The notes beneath the pieces are model-generated. The model saw nothing but the letters and a program-made list of their open reading frames with translations. It made no database searches and was not told the origin of the DNA. A stretch of 61,077 nucleotides of DNA, the filler included. It is 12 parts of 12 records of this genome, joined end to end, with 100 filler letters (N's around TTAATTAATTAA, not from the genome) between each part and the next. Parts side by side here need not be neighbours in the genome. Positions count along the whole stretch, not along the records: positions 7,005 to 18,398 come from SRR15195285_9985; positions 18,499 to 21,650 come from SRR15195285_10018; 10 more parts are not named here. One strand, 5' to 3'. Positions 11,701-21,360 of the stretch are shown here, piece by piece (the stretch's first letter is position 1; each line of letters opens with the position of its first letter). A program made the position numbers and the translations under genes.

Positions 11701-14700
11701 GCACTGATAGGCCAGCACGGGCACTTCACAATACGGAAAGGCTTCTGAGTCTGGGACGCAGGCCCGACTGTACTGGCAAGTCTGCCAGTCAGCATCAAGC
11801 CGTTTGCCCGTCGCATTGATTTCTGCGTAGCAAGCTCCAGCTTTCAGATACATGCAGGAGTCACGGCTATTAGGCTTGAACTCGGCCTCCGCTGCAGAGC
11901 AGGCAACCCATTCGTCTACGTCATCACATGACTGATCATAAATGGATTTGCACTCCTCCAGAACTGTGCACGCAGCTTCCGCTTCAGCGCGGGATGCATA
12001 CGAACCAAGTACATGTTGGTCCCCGCACCAAAAACCGTAGTACTGTGTCCAACGAGGGGCCACGGCAGCATATGTTGCTCCGTTTGCCTCTGGGTGTGAT
12101 ACGCGGACCAACTCAGCACACTCTGTTGGCCCAGGTGCATCGCCCATGAACACATCGCTGCCGCCAGCTCCATCCCCAGCACTATAGACGCACGACAAGC
12201 ACGACACCATGCCAACAACTGAACAATCAGGATCGCCGCTAGAGTCTGTGCACTCCGCGCCATACCTGCACGGCGCACTTGCACACTCATCAAAGTCAAC
12301 CTCGCATTGATGTGTGACGCCGTACCCAGGCATGCAAGTGCACGTGTACTCGTCGATGGCAGGGCCATCAGAACAGGGTGCATTATTGTCACAGGGATGA
12401 GATCGGCACTCGTCAATGTCTAGTTCACAGTTGTGCCCTTCCCACCCTGGCAAACATATACACCCGTACATGTCTACCATGCCTTCAGTGTAACAAGTAG
12501 CTCCGTTTTTACATGGGTCGGAGTAGCACTCATCGATATCAATGTCACAGGTCCCGTTGATGGAACTTGTGTAACCTGCAGCACAAGTACAGTTGAACGC
12601 GTTGATGGCGCTGACGGGAATCCATTGGCGTTGAGTCGGATTCCATTTTAGATCAAGAGAATCCTGGCAAGAGCCACCATTCATGCATGGGTGACTAGAA
12701 CACTCGTCCTTGTCACATTCACAGTTGTGACACTCCCATCCTGGAACACAGTCGCATGCGTACGCATCCACCAACTTCATAGAATGCCATTCAGTGACGG
12801 TCTCATTAAACGTCGACGACGTGTTGTCTAGATCGAGGTAAGGTATTGGAGTCAGTGTGAGGTTGTACTCTCCACAAGTTGCGCCGTTTTGACATGGGGC
12901 AGATAAACATTCGTTGATGTCAATGTCACAGTGAAAACCTTCCCAACCAGGATCGCAGCGACATGAATAGCTCCCAATACGTTGGAGGCAAGTTCCGTGG
13001 GCACACGGTCGGTCGTCGACGCACTCATTGACGTTCCCAACAAGTACAATCACACTCAACGAGTATGGTTGCGAAATGCCAAAGCCAGCGAAAGTACTTG
13101 ATGGAGTCAATGTGCTCTGAAAATTCAGCAAAGCATCTGGCGGCTGAACTCCAGATGGATGAAGATGGCCTCCGATGATGGTTCCTGAAGGGATCACCTC
13201 CCAAATCACGACTGTAGAACCGGCATGAAGTTCGAGGATTCGAATTCGGCTCGGCGGAACGCCTGCTAGACGCGCTGCATCTTCTGCAAACTCAATTTCA
13301 AATGTGCGGCGTGTCTCGTCGTCCCACGTGGAGATATCGACAGCGAGCGTCAGCTCAACGTGCATAAGCTCGCAGTACATACCTTCCGTCCGGATTTGCC
13401 AAGCATTTCGCCCCGGAAGCATTCCGCTGGGGCATTGCTCGCACTGAGTGCCATCACTGATCTCCCACAAGCCACATTCGAGGCATTCTCCTCTGTCTTC
13501 GCGTGGCATCTGCCCTGGAACGCAGAATTCACACCGCATTCCGAATTCACTCGCTGATTTGTTGCCCAGTGTCGTACAAGAGATGCAGGAGACGCCGCCT
13601 GCCAGCCAGTTGGGTTGGAATCCAGGCTCACAAGGACGACACACTTCGCCGTCTGCAGAATACTTGGAGACACAGGTCTCACACTGCGATCGCTCCTCGT
13701 TAGCACCTCTACCAGGCGTACAGCGCTTGCACTGTGCGCCCATTTCGCTAACGCACCCACCGTCTACACAAGATGCGTTTACACAGTGAGCGTCTCGAGT
13801 CCACGCAGGTTGCTCTTCACTGATAGGTTGCGTTTCGTGCAAATCACCCAAACAGAAAATCTCAGTAATGTCGCTACATAATATGCAATCCAAACGATCG
13901 GCTGTAGGCATGCTGCCCGGCGGACAAACTACATTTGGTTCTGGCTCCGGCTCTGGCTCCGGTAGTGGTTGCGTTGGTTGATACTCAAGAAAGAACCCGG
14001 GCATTTGCGCAACTCCAGCGTAGCTCCCATACACCTTCGTCCACTCTCCTGGATTGTAGCCTTCGGCAAAGTTAAGAGCAATGTAGTCTTTGCCAGGAGT
14101 GTCAAAGAAGAGCTCATACTTGCCCCAGTTCGTAAAATTGAATACCTCTCCGACAGGATCGCCACGATAGGTCACACGCCTTACCCCTTCAAGCGTGTCT
14201 TTTTCCCACCACCAACGGCCTTCTGAGTTGTTGCCGCGTCCACCGGTCCAGCCAGTGGGTGGATTACCATCTGCATCCAGGAGCTGGTTGATGCACTCTT
14301 GCTCAAGCTCATTGACGATCGTAGCTAGGTATGCTATTCCACGAGTCTCTTGGTCAGGATCGTAACTATGTGACCTCGCCGCACCCATACGCTCTGCCTC
14401 AGCTCTAGCTTCGTCCCAAGATGAAGGAAATGGTACGTACTCGTACACGTGCCCGTTGTCGCAATACATGTCGTTCGGTTCTGGCTCGGGTTCTGGTTCT
14501 GGCTCCGGCCTGTATGAGCTGCACACGTTATCGTAGCATGCATCGCCAGCTGTTGTGTTACACAGGCCACAAAACACTTGTCCACCGCAGTCGTCATCAA
14601 TGTGCCCACAGTCGAATTCTTGTAAAGCACACGTGGTCGGAGAGCACGAACATGTGCCTGGACCGCTGTAACCGATCAATGGAATTGTATCTGCCGGATG

Positions 14701-17700
14701 GCACGACTCGGGTTCAGTGAGCCGACGGTAGCACAATCGGGCGGTAGCATCACCATCTTCTTCTCCACCTTCATCGATATGGAGTATTGATTTCGTTGCG
14801 ATCGTGACGACGGTCTGCCCGTCTATATAGATGCAGTTGTTTGTTTCATACTGGTCAGTAGCAGTATTGAAAGTCGTTTCACAATCCTCCGCATTTTGCG
14901 CTGGCTCGCCAGTGAGAGGCAAAGAGAGCATACGTAAAGCACCAGACGCCTCTCGGCCGATTGGGTGAGAACACGCCCTGTATATTGTTGGGCTGAGTTT
15001 TTCATAACAGCTTTCCGCCGGGATGTGCTGAGATGTCACGACAATCTGATTCACGCTGGTCGCATAATATAAGTTCCCGTCGTGATTAGACAGTGAATGA
15101 AGAGCGCATACACCGCCCTGATTGACAAGAATTGTGAATCCAGCGCAATCGGCGTCTGCGGAGCACATTGCACTGCATTCATCGGCGCCGACAACTTCTG
15201 GGCTGGGAATGACCATTCGCACATTTTCGCCTTCGGAGTTAACACACCATCCAGGTAGTGGAGGAGCGTATGATGAGTTCAAACTGACAGACGATTCCCA
15301 GTCGAACGGCGTATACGTGCAGATGGGTGAATCGTGCCACTGCACTCCTGCAAACTCGCAAGCCCGGCGACTGCTCGGCTCGTCTCCAGATATATCAGCT
15401 GCTGCACATTGGTCTACGGTATAATTCCTTTCTTGGAAGCTGCCAGGAGGCTGGCCCCAATCAATCCACGGCGATGTGCCGTTGCTTATCTCCGGGGTGC
15501 AGGTTTCTCCACCGCTGTCGAATGCAGCGATGCGCCGCACAACACACTCACGGGTCTCATCTGGCCACACCCAGGACATATGGCAGGTGTCGTTCTGTAA
15601 GTGGCATGTCTCTGAGCTGATACCATAGTCATTTTCGTCCACTTCGAGATGTGGACAGAGGCCGCAAGTGATGGGACAGAGCGATTGCAGAGTGCCATCT
15701 CCTCCATTGCGCTGCATGAGCTCTGGCACTGCACGAGAGATGTCCGAATCGCACTGGACACCGAAATAGCTTAGCAGTACCTTCAACTCCTCGCATGTGG
15801 AATTCGAAAACAGTGGCTCCAACGGTGCCAAGCTTGGCAGAAGAATGAAAGGAACTTCGGTAGTGTTGCATACTGGCAGTTGCAGATCGCACGGCGACCC
15901 ACGGCCTACACGCGTGATGTCGCATTCGTGTACTACAACACGAAGTGTCAGACGAATCGTGGGATTTGTGACCGTCCCTACACAGTACGTGCCAGCCATC
16001 GACTGGGTTGGAGGCGTTTGTGGTTCGTAGGTCAAGATCGGCGGATCCGGCCAGTGGTACTGCACCGCTTCCAGTCGCGGCAGTGAAGGCAATTCGATTG
16101 ACGGAAAGTACTGCGTGGCCAAGGTGCACTCTACACGTCCTGTGTCCGTGTTGCAAAATTCGCTGGTTCGGCCCGCGCTTCCGAAGTGATGCGCATCTTC
16201 GGAGTCCATCGGAAAGCTTAAGTCCGAGGGACACTCCGCCATGGGGTCCGGAAAGTATGCGGCAACATGCAGGTGGTCAGGTGAGCGCGGGCTCCAACTT
16301 ATGTCCAGTGAATCGCCCACATATATAGTCAGCTCGGATGGCACCAGAGACCGCTCAGATGCCTCTCGTGCAGCGGGCACGACTACATGATGCCGCGCAG
16401 GAAGATGAGGAGCAAGCAGGTGCGCTACTTGCGGCATGCCCTCCTGAAACAGTGTCATTCGACATGCATTTTCGCCATTCTGTCGCGGACCATTCCCGCA
16501 TTTGCCACACTCCAGTGTGCCACCACATCTGTCGCCTAACGTCCCACAGTTGACACCTTCCTGCTCGCACGTCGTTGGCACACATTCGCACTTGTGCTCG
16601 ATCGAACACACCTCCTCATATCCCGTGGTAGCATTTGAAACGCATGTGCCACACTCCAAGTCGATCCCACACCCGTCTGTGATTGTCCCGCAGGTCGCAC
16701 CTTTTGTCACGCACTTCGCTTCCACACGGCCAGCACTTGCACCACATTCTTCACGAACAGGCGCAGTGTCGCACGTGAACGGAGTACAGACGCAAACGTT
16801 GTCTTCACACGCGTTTTGGCCGCCCCATGTGTTCGTGCCGCACACTCCGCAATCCAATTCGCCGCCACACCCGTCCGCGCGAGCTCCGCACGTGGCCCCC
16901 ACCTCTTCGCAGGTGACTGGAATGCACACACAGTAGCTTGCCCGAGGCACGGCTGGTTGATATGCAACCGCTTCGACAGTAGGCGTAGTGGCCGTACCGC
17001 GCACGTACTCCACCGCCTGCACCTCGGGAATGTACTCGTTCGGCACGTGCTGTGATGATTCCAGCGAGCATGCAGCACATGCTCCACCAGTTCCTGCAAA
17101 CCCAGGCGGACAAGGGTCGCACCCAGTCTGATCGGGATTGGGCTGATGGCCATCTCCGCATTGAACGCAGCTTGTCTTGCCTACGTACACAGGAGCCGTA
17201 GCCCCTCCCAATTCCCGCAGTGTTGCATTGATCGTACCGTTGCAGAACGACGCCTCGGCACAGGTGCCGCAGCTGCTGATAACCAGCGGCCGCAGCCACA
17301 TTGGGTCGTCGCGGTAGTCTCCGAAACTCCCGATGTGGGTCTGGTGAGGGTAACCACACCCATCGCTCATCAGCCCACACTCTGCTTGTTCAGTTTCACA
17401 CGTGGACTCTACGCACTCGCAAACCTTCTCGTCGTTGCAGACCTCATTCGCAGCGCATGTCCCACATGTCAGTGCTCCTGGCCCTGGGCAGCCGTCGCTA
17501 ATCCGCCCACAGTTTTTCTGCTCAATCTCGCAAGTTGTAGGAGTGCACGTGCACCGGTAGTCCTCGCTGCACGCCTGCTGAGTCCCGTAACAGGACCCGC
17601 AATCAAGCGTCCCACCACAACCGTCGCTTAGTGCAGCAGTTGCAACGAAATCCGCTCGGAAGTCCGAGGCCTTAGGGGAGCACAACGCTCCAGCTGGGAT

Positions 17701-18315
17701 GCCCCCAGCCAAGACAGTGCCCTTCTCCTCGCATGTGGCTGGCTTGCAGGTGCACTCGCGCTGACCCGGAGCGGCATCCGGGTCGCACCATTCGCCAGGG
17801 GTGCGAACCCCGTAATCCATCGTCGGATTGTCGCACCCATCCCAGCTGAGTGTGGCGTTGCCGCATCGGACCAGCCCGTCGCAGCCGTTGTCCCAGGAGC
17901 CGCAGGTTGCTGTCAGCTCTTCGCACGTCGTCGGGATGCAGGTGCACACATTATCGACGCAGAGCTTGTCCTCCGGGCACGTGCCGCAGTGCAAGATCTC
18001 GCCGCATGGCGCGCCGCTTGTGTCAAACCCGGCGCTGCTGAGGAACTCGCCGCAGTCGTAGCCTTCTCTTTCGCACGTAGATGCATCACACACGCACGCA
18101 TTGTTGACGCAAGCTTGCCCAACGTCGCAGGTGCCGCAGTCAAGCTGCCCCCCGCACCCATCGTCCACAGACCCGCACGCGTACGCACAGGCAATCACAG
18201 AGACGGGCACGCACGGCGGCGGCGGCGGCGGCTGCGCCCGCGCCAGCGTGTTCGGGCGCAGCGCAGCAATTCCCAGGCTGACACTGAACACCAGCCGGAA
18301 TGTATATCTGTCCAT
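8758..18315 (-). CDS. Giant single-pass membrane protein (about 3185 aa, one uninterrupted ORF): Cys-rich repeats, C-type lectin, 12 Ca-binding EGF repeats, TM helix, EF-hand pair, C2 domain
   Basis: Signal-like N-terminus from ATG 18315; CGxxxDGCGGxLxCGxC repeats; NGHVYEYV...SWDEARAEA...YLATI; DIDECxSxPCxNG repeats; TM WWLIWGSIFSFLGVVGIPCITYAV; EF loops DTDESGTLDTNE and DDDDDADVSYEE; C2 SDPYVEL...KKNLDPVYGELF...KDKDMDADDLLG. Confidence 0.88.
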   Translation of the reverse strand: MDRYTFRLVFSVSLGIAALRPNTLARAQPPPPPPCVPVSVIACAYACGSVDDGCGGQLDCGTCDVGQACVNNACVCDASTCEREGYDCGEFLSSAGFDTSGAPCGEILHCGTCPEDKLCVDNVCTCIPTTCEELTATCGSWDNGCDGLVRCGNATLSWDGCDNPTMDYGVRTPGEWCDPDAAPGQRECTCKPATCEEKGTVLAGGIPAGALCSPKASDFRADFVATAALSDGCGGTLDCGSCYGTQQACSEDYRCTCTPTTCEIEQKNCGRISDGCPGPGALTCGTCAANEVCNDEKVCECVESTCETEQAECGLMSDGCGYPHQTHIGSFGDYRDDPMWLRPLVISSCGTCAEASFCNGTINATLRELGGATAPVYVGKTSCVQCGDGHQPNPDQTGCDPCPPGFAGTGGACAACSLESSQHVPNEYIPEVQAVEYVRGTATTPTVEAVAYQPAVPRASYCVCIPVTCEEVGATCGARADGCGGELDCGVCGTNTWGGQNACEDNVCVCTPFTCDTAPVREECGASAGRVEAKCVTKGATCGTITDGCGIDLECGTCVSNATTGYEEVCSIEHKCECVPTTCEQEGVNCGTLGDRCGGTLECGKCGNGPRQNGENACRMTLFQEGMPQVAHLLAPHLPARHHVVVPAAREASERSLVPSELTIYVGDSLDISWSPRSPDHLHVAAYFPDPMAECPSDLSFPMDSEDAHHFGSAGRTSEFCNTDTGRVECTLATQYFPSIELPSLPRLEAVQYHWPDPPILTYEPQTPPTQSMAGTYCVGTVTNPTIRLTLRVVVHECDITRVGRGSPCDLQLPVCNTTEVPFILLPSLAPLEPLFSNSTCEELKVLLSYFGVQCDSDISRAVPELMQRNGGDGTLQSLCPITCGLCPHLEVDENDYGISSETCHLQNDTCHMSWVWPDETRECVVRRIAAFDSGGETCTPEISNGTSPWIDWGQPPGSFQERNYTVDQCAAADISGDEPSSRRACEFAGVQWHDSPICTYTPFDWESSVSLNSSYAPPLPGWCVNSEGENVRMVIPSPEVVGADECSAMCSADADCAGFTILVNQGGVCALHSLSNHDGNLYYATSVNQIVVTSQHIPAESCYEKLSPTIYRACSHPIGREASGALRMLSLPLTGEPAQNAEDCETTFNTATDQYETNNCIYIDGQTVVTIATKSILHIDEGGEEDGDATARLCYRRLTEPESCHPADTIPLIGYSGPGTCSCSPTTCALQEFDCGHIDDDCGGQVFCGLCNTTAGDACYDNVCSSYRPEPEPEPEPEPNDMYCDNGHVYEYVPFPSSWDEARAEAERMGAARSHSYDPDQETRGIAYLATIVNELEQECINQLLDADGNPPTGWTGGRGNNSEGRWWWEKDTLEGVRRVTYRGDPVGEVFNFTNWGKYELFFDTPGKDYIALNFAEGYNPGEWTKVYGSYAGVAQMPGFFLEYQPTQPLPEPEPEPEPNVVCPPGSMPTADRLDCILCSDITEIFCLGDLHETQPISEEQPAWTRDAHCVNASCVDGGCVSEMGAQCKRCTPGRGANEERSQCETCVSKYSADGEVCRPCEPGFQPNWLAGGVSCISCTTLGNKSASEFGMRCEFCVPGQMPREDRGECLECGLWEISDGTQCEQCPSGMLPGRNAWQIRTEGMYCELMHVELTLAVDISTWDDETRRTFEIEFAEDAARLAGVPPSRIRILELHAGSTVVIWEVIPSGTIIGGHLHPSGVQPPDALLNFQSTLTPSSTFAGFGISQPYSLSVIVLVGNVNECVDDRPCAHGTCLQRIGSYSCRCDPGWEGFHCDIDINECLSAPCQNGATCGEYNLTLTPIPYLDLDNTSSTFNETVTEWHSMKLVDAYACDCVPGWECHNCECDKDECSSHPCMNGGSCQDSLDLKWNPTQRQWIPVSAINAFNCTCAAGYTSSINGTCDIDIDECYSDPCKNGATCYTEGMVDMYGCICLPGWEGHNCELDIDECRSHPCDNNAPCSDGPAIDEYTCTCMPGYGVTHQCEVDFDECASAPCRYGAECTDSSGDPDCSVVGMVSCLSCVYSAGDGAGGSDVFMGDAPGPTECAELVRVSHPEANGATYAAVAPRWTQYYGFWCGDQHVLGSYASRAEAEAACTVLEECKSIYDQSCDDVDEWVACSAAEAEFKPNSRDSCMYLKAGACYAEINATGKRLDADWQTCQYSRACVPDSEAFPYCEVPVLAYQCECRPGWTGVDCDVDIVECDSSPCNNDGECSESTTNSQIPVDSYGCSCSQGYEGLNCEIDIDECISDPCVGLILNNCVDHVDAYICACADGFQGHNCEEDYDECESSPCFNGGRCSHEFGVPAFTCDCPTGFIGHQCETDVDDCESRPCYRGGRCEDEVDAYKCHCVAGWAGVRCQADIDECRSNPCRNNAWCSDQSSCLDRSSCMFDEMTQVDIYSCTCRVGFHGPLGFTADGVPLGDPTHLFTGNCESNFNECASNPCIHMEPCKDPNVCDPPVCNDGPGDYVCTCRPGTGGKNCDRWVDSYDPCLQDPECVWWLIWGSIFSFLGVVGIPCITYAVCTYIQKRRKAICQSVVKPFSDIQQARAERRAAEEKRLRRLEAKIRRAVQVNRVQLTIAFKRSDTDESGTLDTNELASILAEFGVKHIEQNELKWLLQSMDDDDDADVSYEEFLQYFTRAIDDDEFSDLSDFSQSDESNSVSGDEYGGELVPLTQPEPEPAPKSLETEQIPDANCENVKRDATLTIRVVKCVKLIGADSSRTSDPYVELNCGGNHPTFKSSVQKKNLDPVYGELFQFSMHRQEDWVLSVAVKDKDMDADDLLGGIDIDLRPFLREVGGWGAFTFTQRWPLTDTAQSAQGRTTEVSTALLENWLEVLRIQGKYSVPNPYGLIELEVTCQPNDLPPPRTPTPEQLARVSRTPPALPHWQERDSLRATIIAMVSEELRTFQTEHQIPPWPSLTDEKKFDYLVRIAVQYGPFDWLDAEMADAARMYVERGRFTYAKYVSDWSTKFLYKMGWKLDGRYTAMAKEDLQRAEFEEMAATHQHATRGDRHTIDSIQQGEPWRLVPSEMLAMPNLADPDIIDATDEFGSAVSNDDLSDEEMSELGRDPARWFIESNPHAATATGNIHIVDPDSEYYDSGHGRLEAALADGRFWEARANPRNLIDKPVAVHRHSPRKLAAAAKLLPHIRFLQTPEAVQASLQAS

Positions 18316-18498
18316 GCCAGACCCCAGCCACTCAGCCAGAGTCACTCACTCAGCGCCCCTGCTGCGTGCCGACCAGCTGCACCAGCTGCACCAGCTGCNN
18401 NNNNNNNNNNNNNNNNNNNNNNNNNNNNNNNNNNNNNNNNNNTTAATTAATTAANNNNNNNNNNNNNNNNNNNNNNNNNNNNNNNNNNNNNNNNNNNN

Positions 18499-21360
18499 GC
18501 TCTGGCTCTGACTCTGGCTCTGGCTCTGACATCGGCGGTGCCGCTCCCACCAGCAGCTGTCTCATTGAGCGACGCAGCACGTACACTCCTCCATAGACTG
18601 CGCAGCATCGGCAGAAAGACTGAGGAATTTCACCAGCTCCATACATTGTGGTGATGAAGGCTGTATGGGTATCCGCAAAGCGCCCGAGGCAACTCATGTA
18701 ACGGTGTAGCGATGCCAGGCCATCCTCAGTTGTCACCACTCCGCCGCCGTCCTTGGTTGGAGCGCGGTCTTCGAGTGCAAGAGCATACAGAATGAACGTG
18801 ATCAACGTCTCTGTGAGTTGACGATGCTCCAAGAAGTCAACAAATGGTCGGCTAAGCCACTCGTCCAGTTCTGAAGTCGCAGCTGATGCTGCTGCAGAGG
18901 TTGCGGCAGTACTTGCCTCCGCCCGACGAACGCCAACAGCTTTTTGGCGCAGAACTTCGGCTTCGTTCGTTTGCAAGCCGCCAGACTTCGACGCCAGTGT
19001 GCTCACAGCTGCTGCATCGGACAATGGCTCATAGCTGAGTACAGTTTGCATGAATTTCATGAGAAGGCGCTTCTCCTTCATTCCAATGAATTTGTCTTTG
19101 AAGACCTCGCCCTTGGAACATGGCACGCGCTGCAGCCCTCCGTCGACGAAGAGGTAGCTTCCCTGCACGGAGATGAATTCAGAATAGCGGTGCAACCCAC
19201 TGTCAACGATCAAGTCTACAAGCGGCCCACGACAGAACGCAAGCCGAGGTACAATATCCAAACTATATTCTCGGCTGCGAGCCGTCAGGTTAGTCCATGA
19301 CCTCAGACGCATCCTTTCTTCCTCCTTGCGTGCATTTGACTCTTCCTGCATCTCTGAGATGAGAAAAGAAAACAATTCCCTGGACTCGCGGGCCTGGCCT
19401 GGGCTTTTTGGCGTACCGAATCTGATGAGCGCACGGAACGTCCAACCAACCGTCACGAAATCTCCAGCTTCACGCACTGCGCCAGCTAGGCGCTGCAAGC
19501 TTTCATCGAGGTCGTGATCATCGAAAGGGTGATAGACCACGTCTCGATTAGCTTCGGACGCTGCCATCCATTGCAGCACAGCCTTCAACGGGGCAAATCC
19601 ACCGAACACACCGCAACCCCAGTTCCCAGTGGCAACCTTCGTAAAATGGTTCGGCGATGCATCAGCGTCGTTTCCTGCATCTTTGAATCCAGCGTAGGCC
19701 TTGCCGAGCTCTCGCCTCAGCATGTGTTGCTGAAATTGCTGATCGACCGACTCGTCTCTAAATCTCAAAGCATCGATGGCTGTGAGAGTGGTCCGAATGC
19801 TGCCGTCTTCTGTGCGCGGAGAGCTGTCAACACAATCTCCGCCATATCGAAGAGTGCGTGCATAACCGTCGTACACAGAAAACTGCTCTGCGCCTACCAT
19901 AACGATTGCCTCTGATACACTATCCTCCTGCGTTTCAGCCAACATGGACTGGCAGATGAGCATGGACACGCACAGCTCCGGGCAGACCGCGAATTTGATT
20001 TCCTCCTGCACAGAGCCAGAGCCGAGCACCCCACCCCCTATGAATTCGTTCGCAAAGTCAACCTGTAAACACCCGGCCGACGCTTCGATTCCCGAAGCTT
20101 CTGTCGTCAAGGCACGGAGCGGCACAGCACTGCGTAACCAACTCGGAGGAGCGTCCACGACGTTACGCCGAATCTGGAGGGTACCCCGAGGCTCGTCTTT
20201 TCCTGCAGCCTGGAGGCGTTCAAAATAATGAATGAACATCCGTAGTTTTGCCACACCGGATTCCGTCGATATTCCCAGCAGCCGGCTGAAGTCGCCCCTG
20301 GGCATGTGGGTACGACGATACGCGAGTCCACCTTCCGGCGGCTTGAATGTGCAGAGAAACATATTCGCCAGTAGACTTGCGACTGCGGTCCGTGGCAACT
20401 CTACAACTCCAGCCTTTCGCTGCTCGAGCAGCGTAATCGGCTGCGGGCATAGCTCAGGCAGTGCCAACGCCAGTGTCACCACGTGGGGCAGCGTAGAATC
20501 AAAGAAGTTGGCCTCGCTGAAGTCTCCATCGTACAATATTTCGAGTGCGCGCAATCCACAAGCATCGACTGGCTCGCCATGCAAATCCTGCAGCCTGTCT
20601 TCGAAATCAGCAAAACTCTGGACGGGGGGTTGCCACGCTTGCTGGACCCGCTCCCACCACTCGTGGTCGGCGTGAGGAAGCTCCACGCACGGGCTGACGT
20701 CGTCCTGCGGTCCTGGCAGCACAGCAGGAGGCGCTGTGGTGGAAGCATCGCTAGACGACTTCGTGGCCGGCGCAGCGCTGGACAGGGTTGCACGAAGGCC
20801 AAGCTCTGCAGACACCCGCTGCAGAAGCGCGCTTTGGTCGGAGGGGTCAACACCACCGAGGCCAAGCATCTCTGCGGCATGCTGTGCCTGCAAGGTCATA
20901 TCGTACTGCATGTCAGATTCCAGCGATGCGACTCTACACGGTCCAAGACATGACTTACCGTATCCTCCGCGCTCAGATCTGCAGCTAGGCTGAGCTCACG
21001 CCGTACTTCTGGTATCAGCTCGTCATCAGTCGGGACTCCTGGCTCAGGCACGCGCCATTCCTCGACGTTGCTGAACCGCGGGACGGCGTCGGGCAGCAAT
21101 GGCTGCAGTGCCGAGACATCGCCGAGATCTGGCGCTGCCGCTGTAGCACCCTCGGTCGCCACGGCCCGCGTAGAGCGTATGTACTTCACGAACTCCTGCA
21201 GCTGAAACGAGGCCCAATCCTCGCCATAGAAGTCGTTCGGGTCCAGGTGCACCACCTTCTTCGACACCCGCGCTGCGGCACCCGCAACAATGCACTCGAC
21301 CAGCCCCGTTCCAACGACGACCACTTCATACTGATCCTCCGGCAGGTGCTCCTCGTCCAT
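18499..21360 (-). CDS. Rab escort protein (REP/CHM family) with an internal PARG domain; intron 20958-20906; 3'-truncated by the contig end
   Basis: Exon 1 YEVVVVGTGLVECIVAGAAARVSKKVVHLDPNDFYG. A 53-nt GTAAGT...CAG phase-0 intron joins it in frame to exon 2, which has PARG motifs and then REP motifs SREYSLDIVPR, VPCSKGEVF, YGAGEIPQSFCRCCAVYGGVYVLR. Confidence 0.9.
19400..20680 (-). other. PARG catalytic domain nested within the REP gene (boundaries approximate)
   Basis: ASLLANMFLCTF, KLRMFIHYF, LQVDFANEFIGGGVLGSGSVQEEIKFAVCPEL, GAEQFSVYDGY, AIDAL, RELGKAYAGF, VATGNWGCGVFGG, LQWMAAS. Confidence 0.92.

Noticed and set aside
8758-18315. True Notch orthologue
   Set aside because: No LNR/NOD or ankyrin repeats are visible; only the EGF array is shared.
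18499-21360. Rab GDI, or separate PARG and REP genes
   Set aside because: The motif is REP-type (FCRxCAV), the PARG-to-REP transition has no stop, and exon 1 splices in frame.
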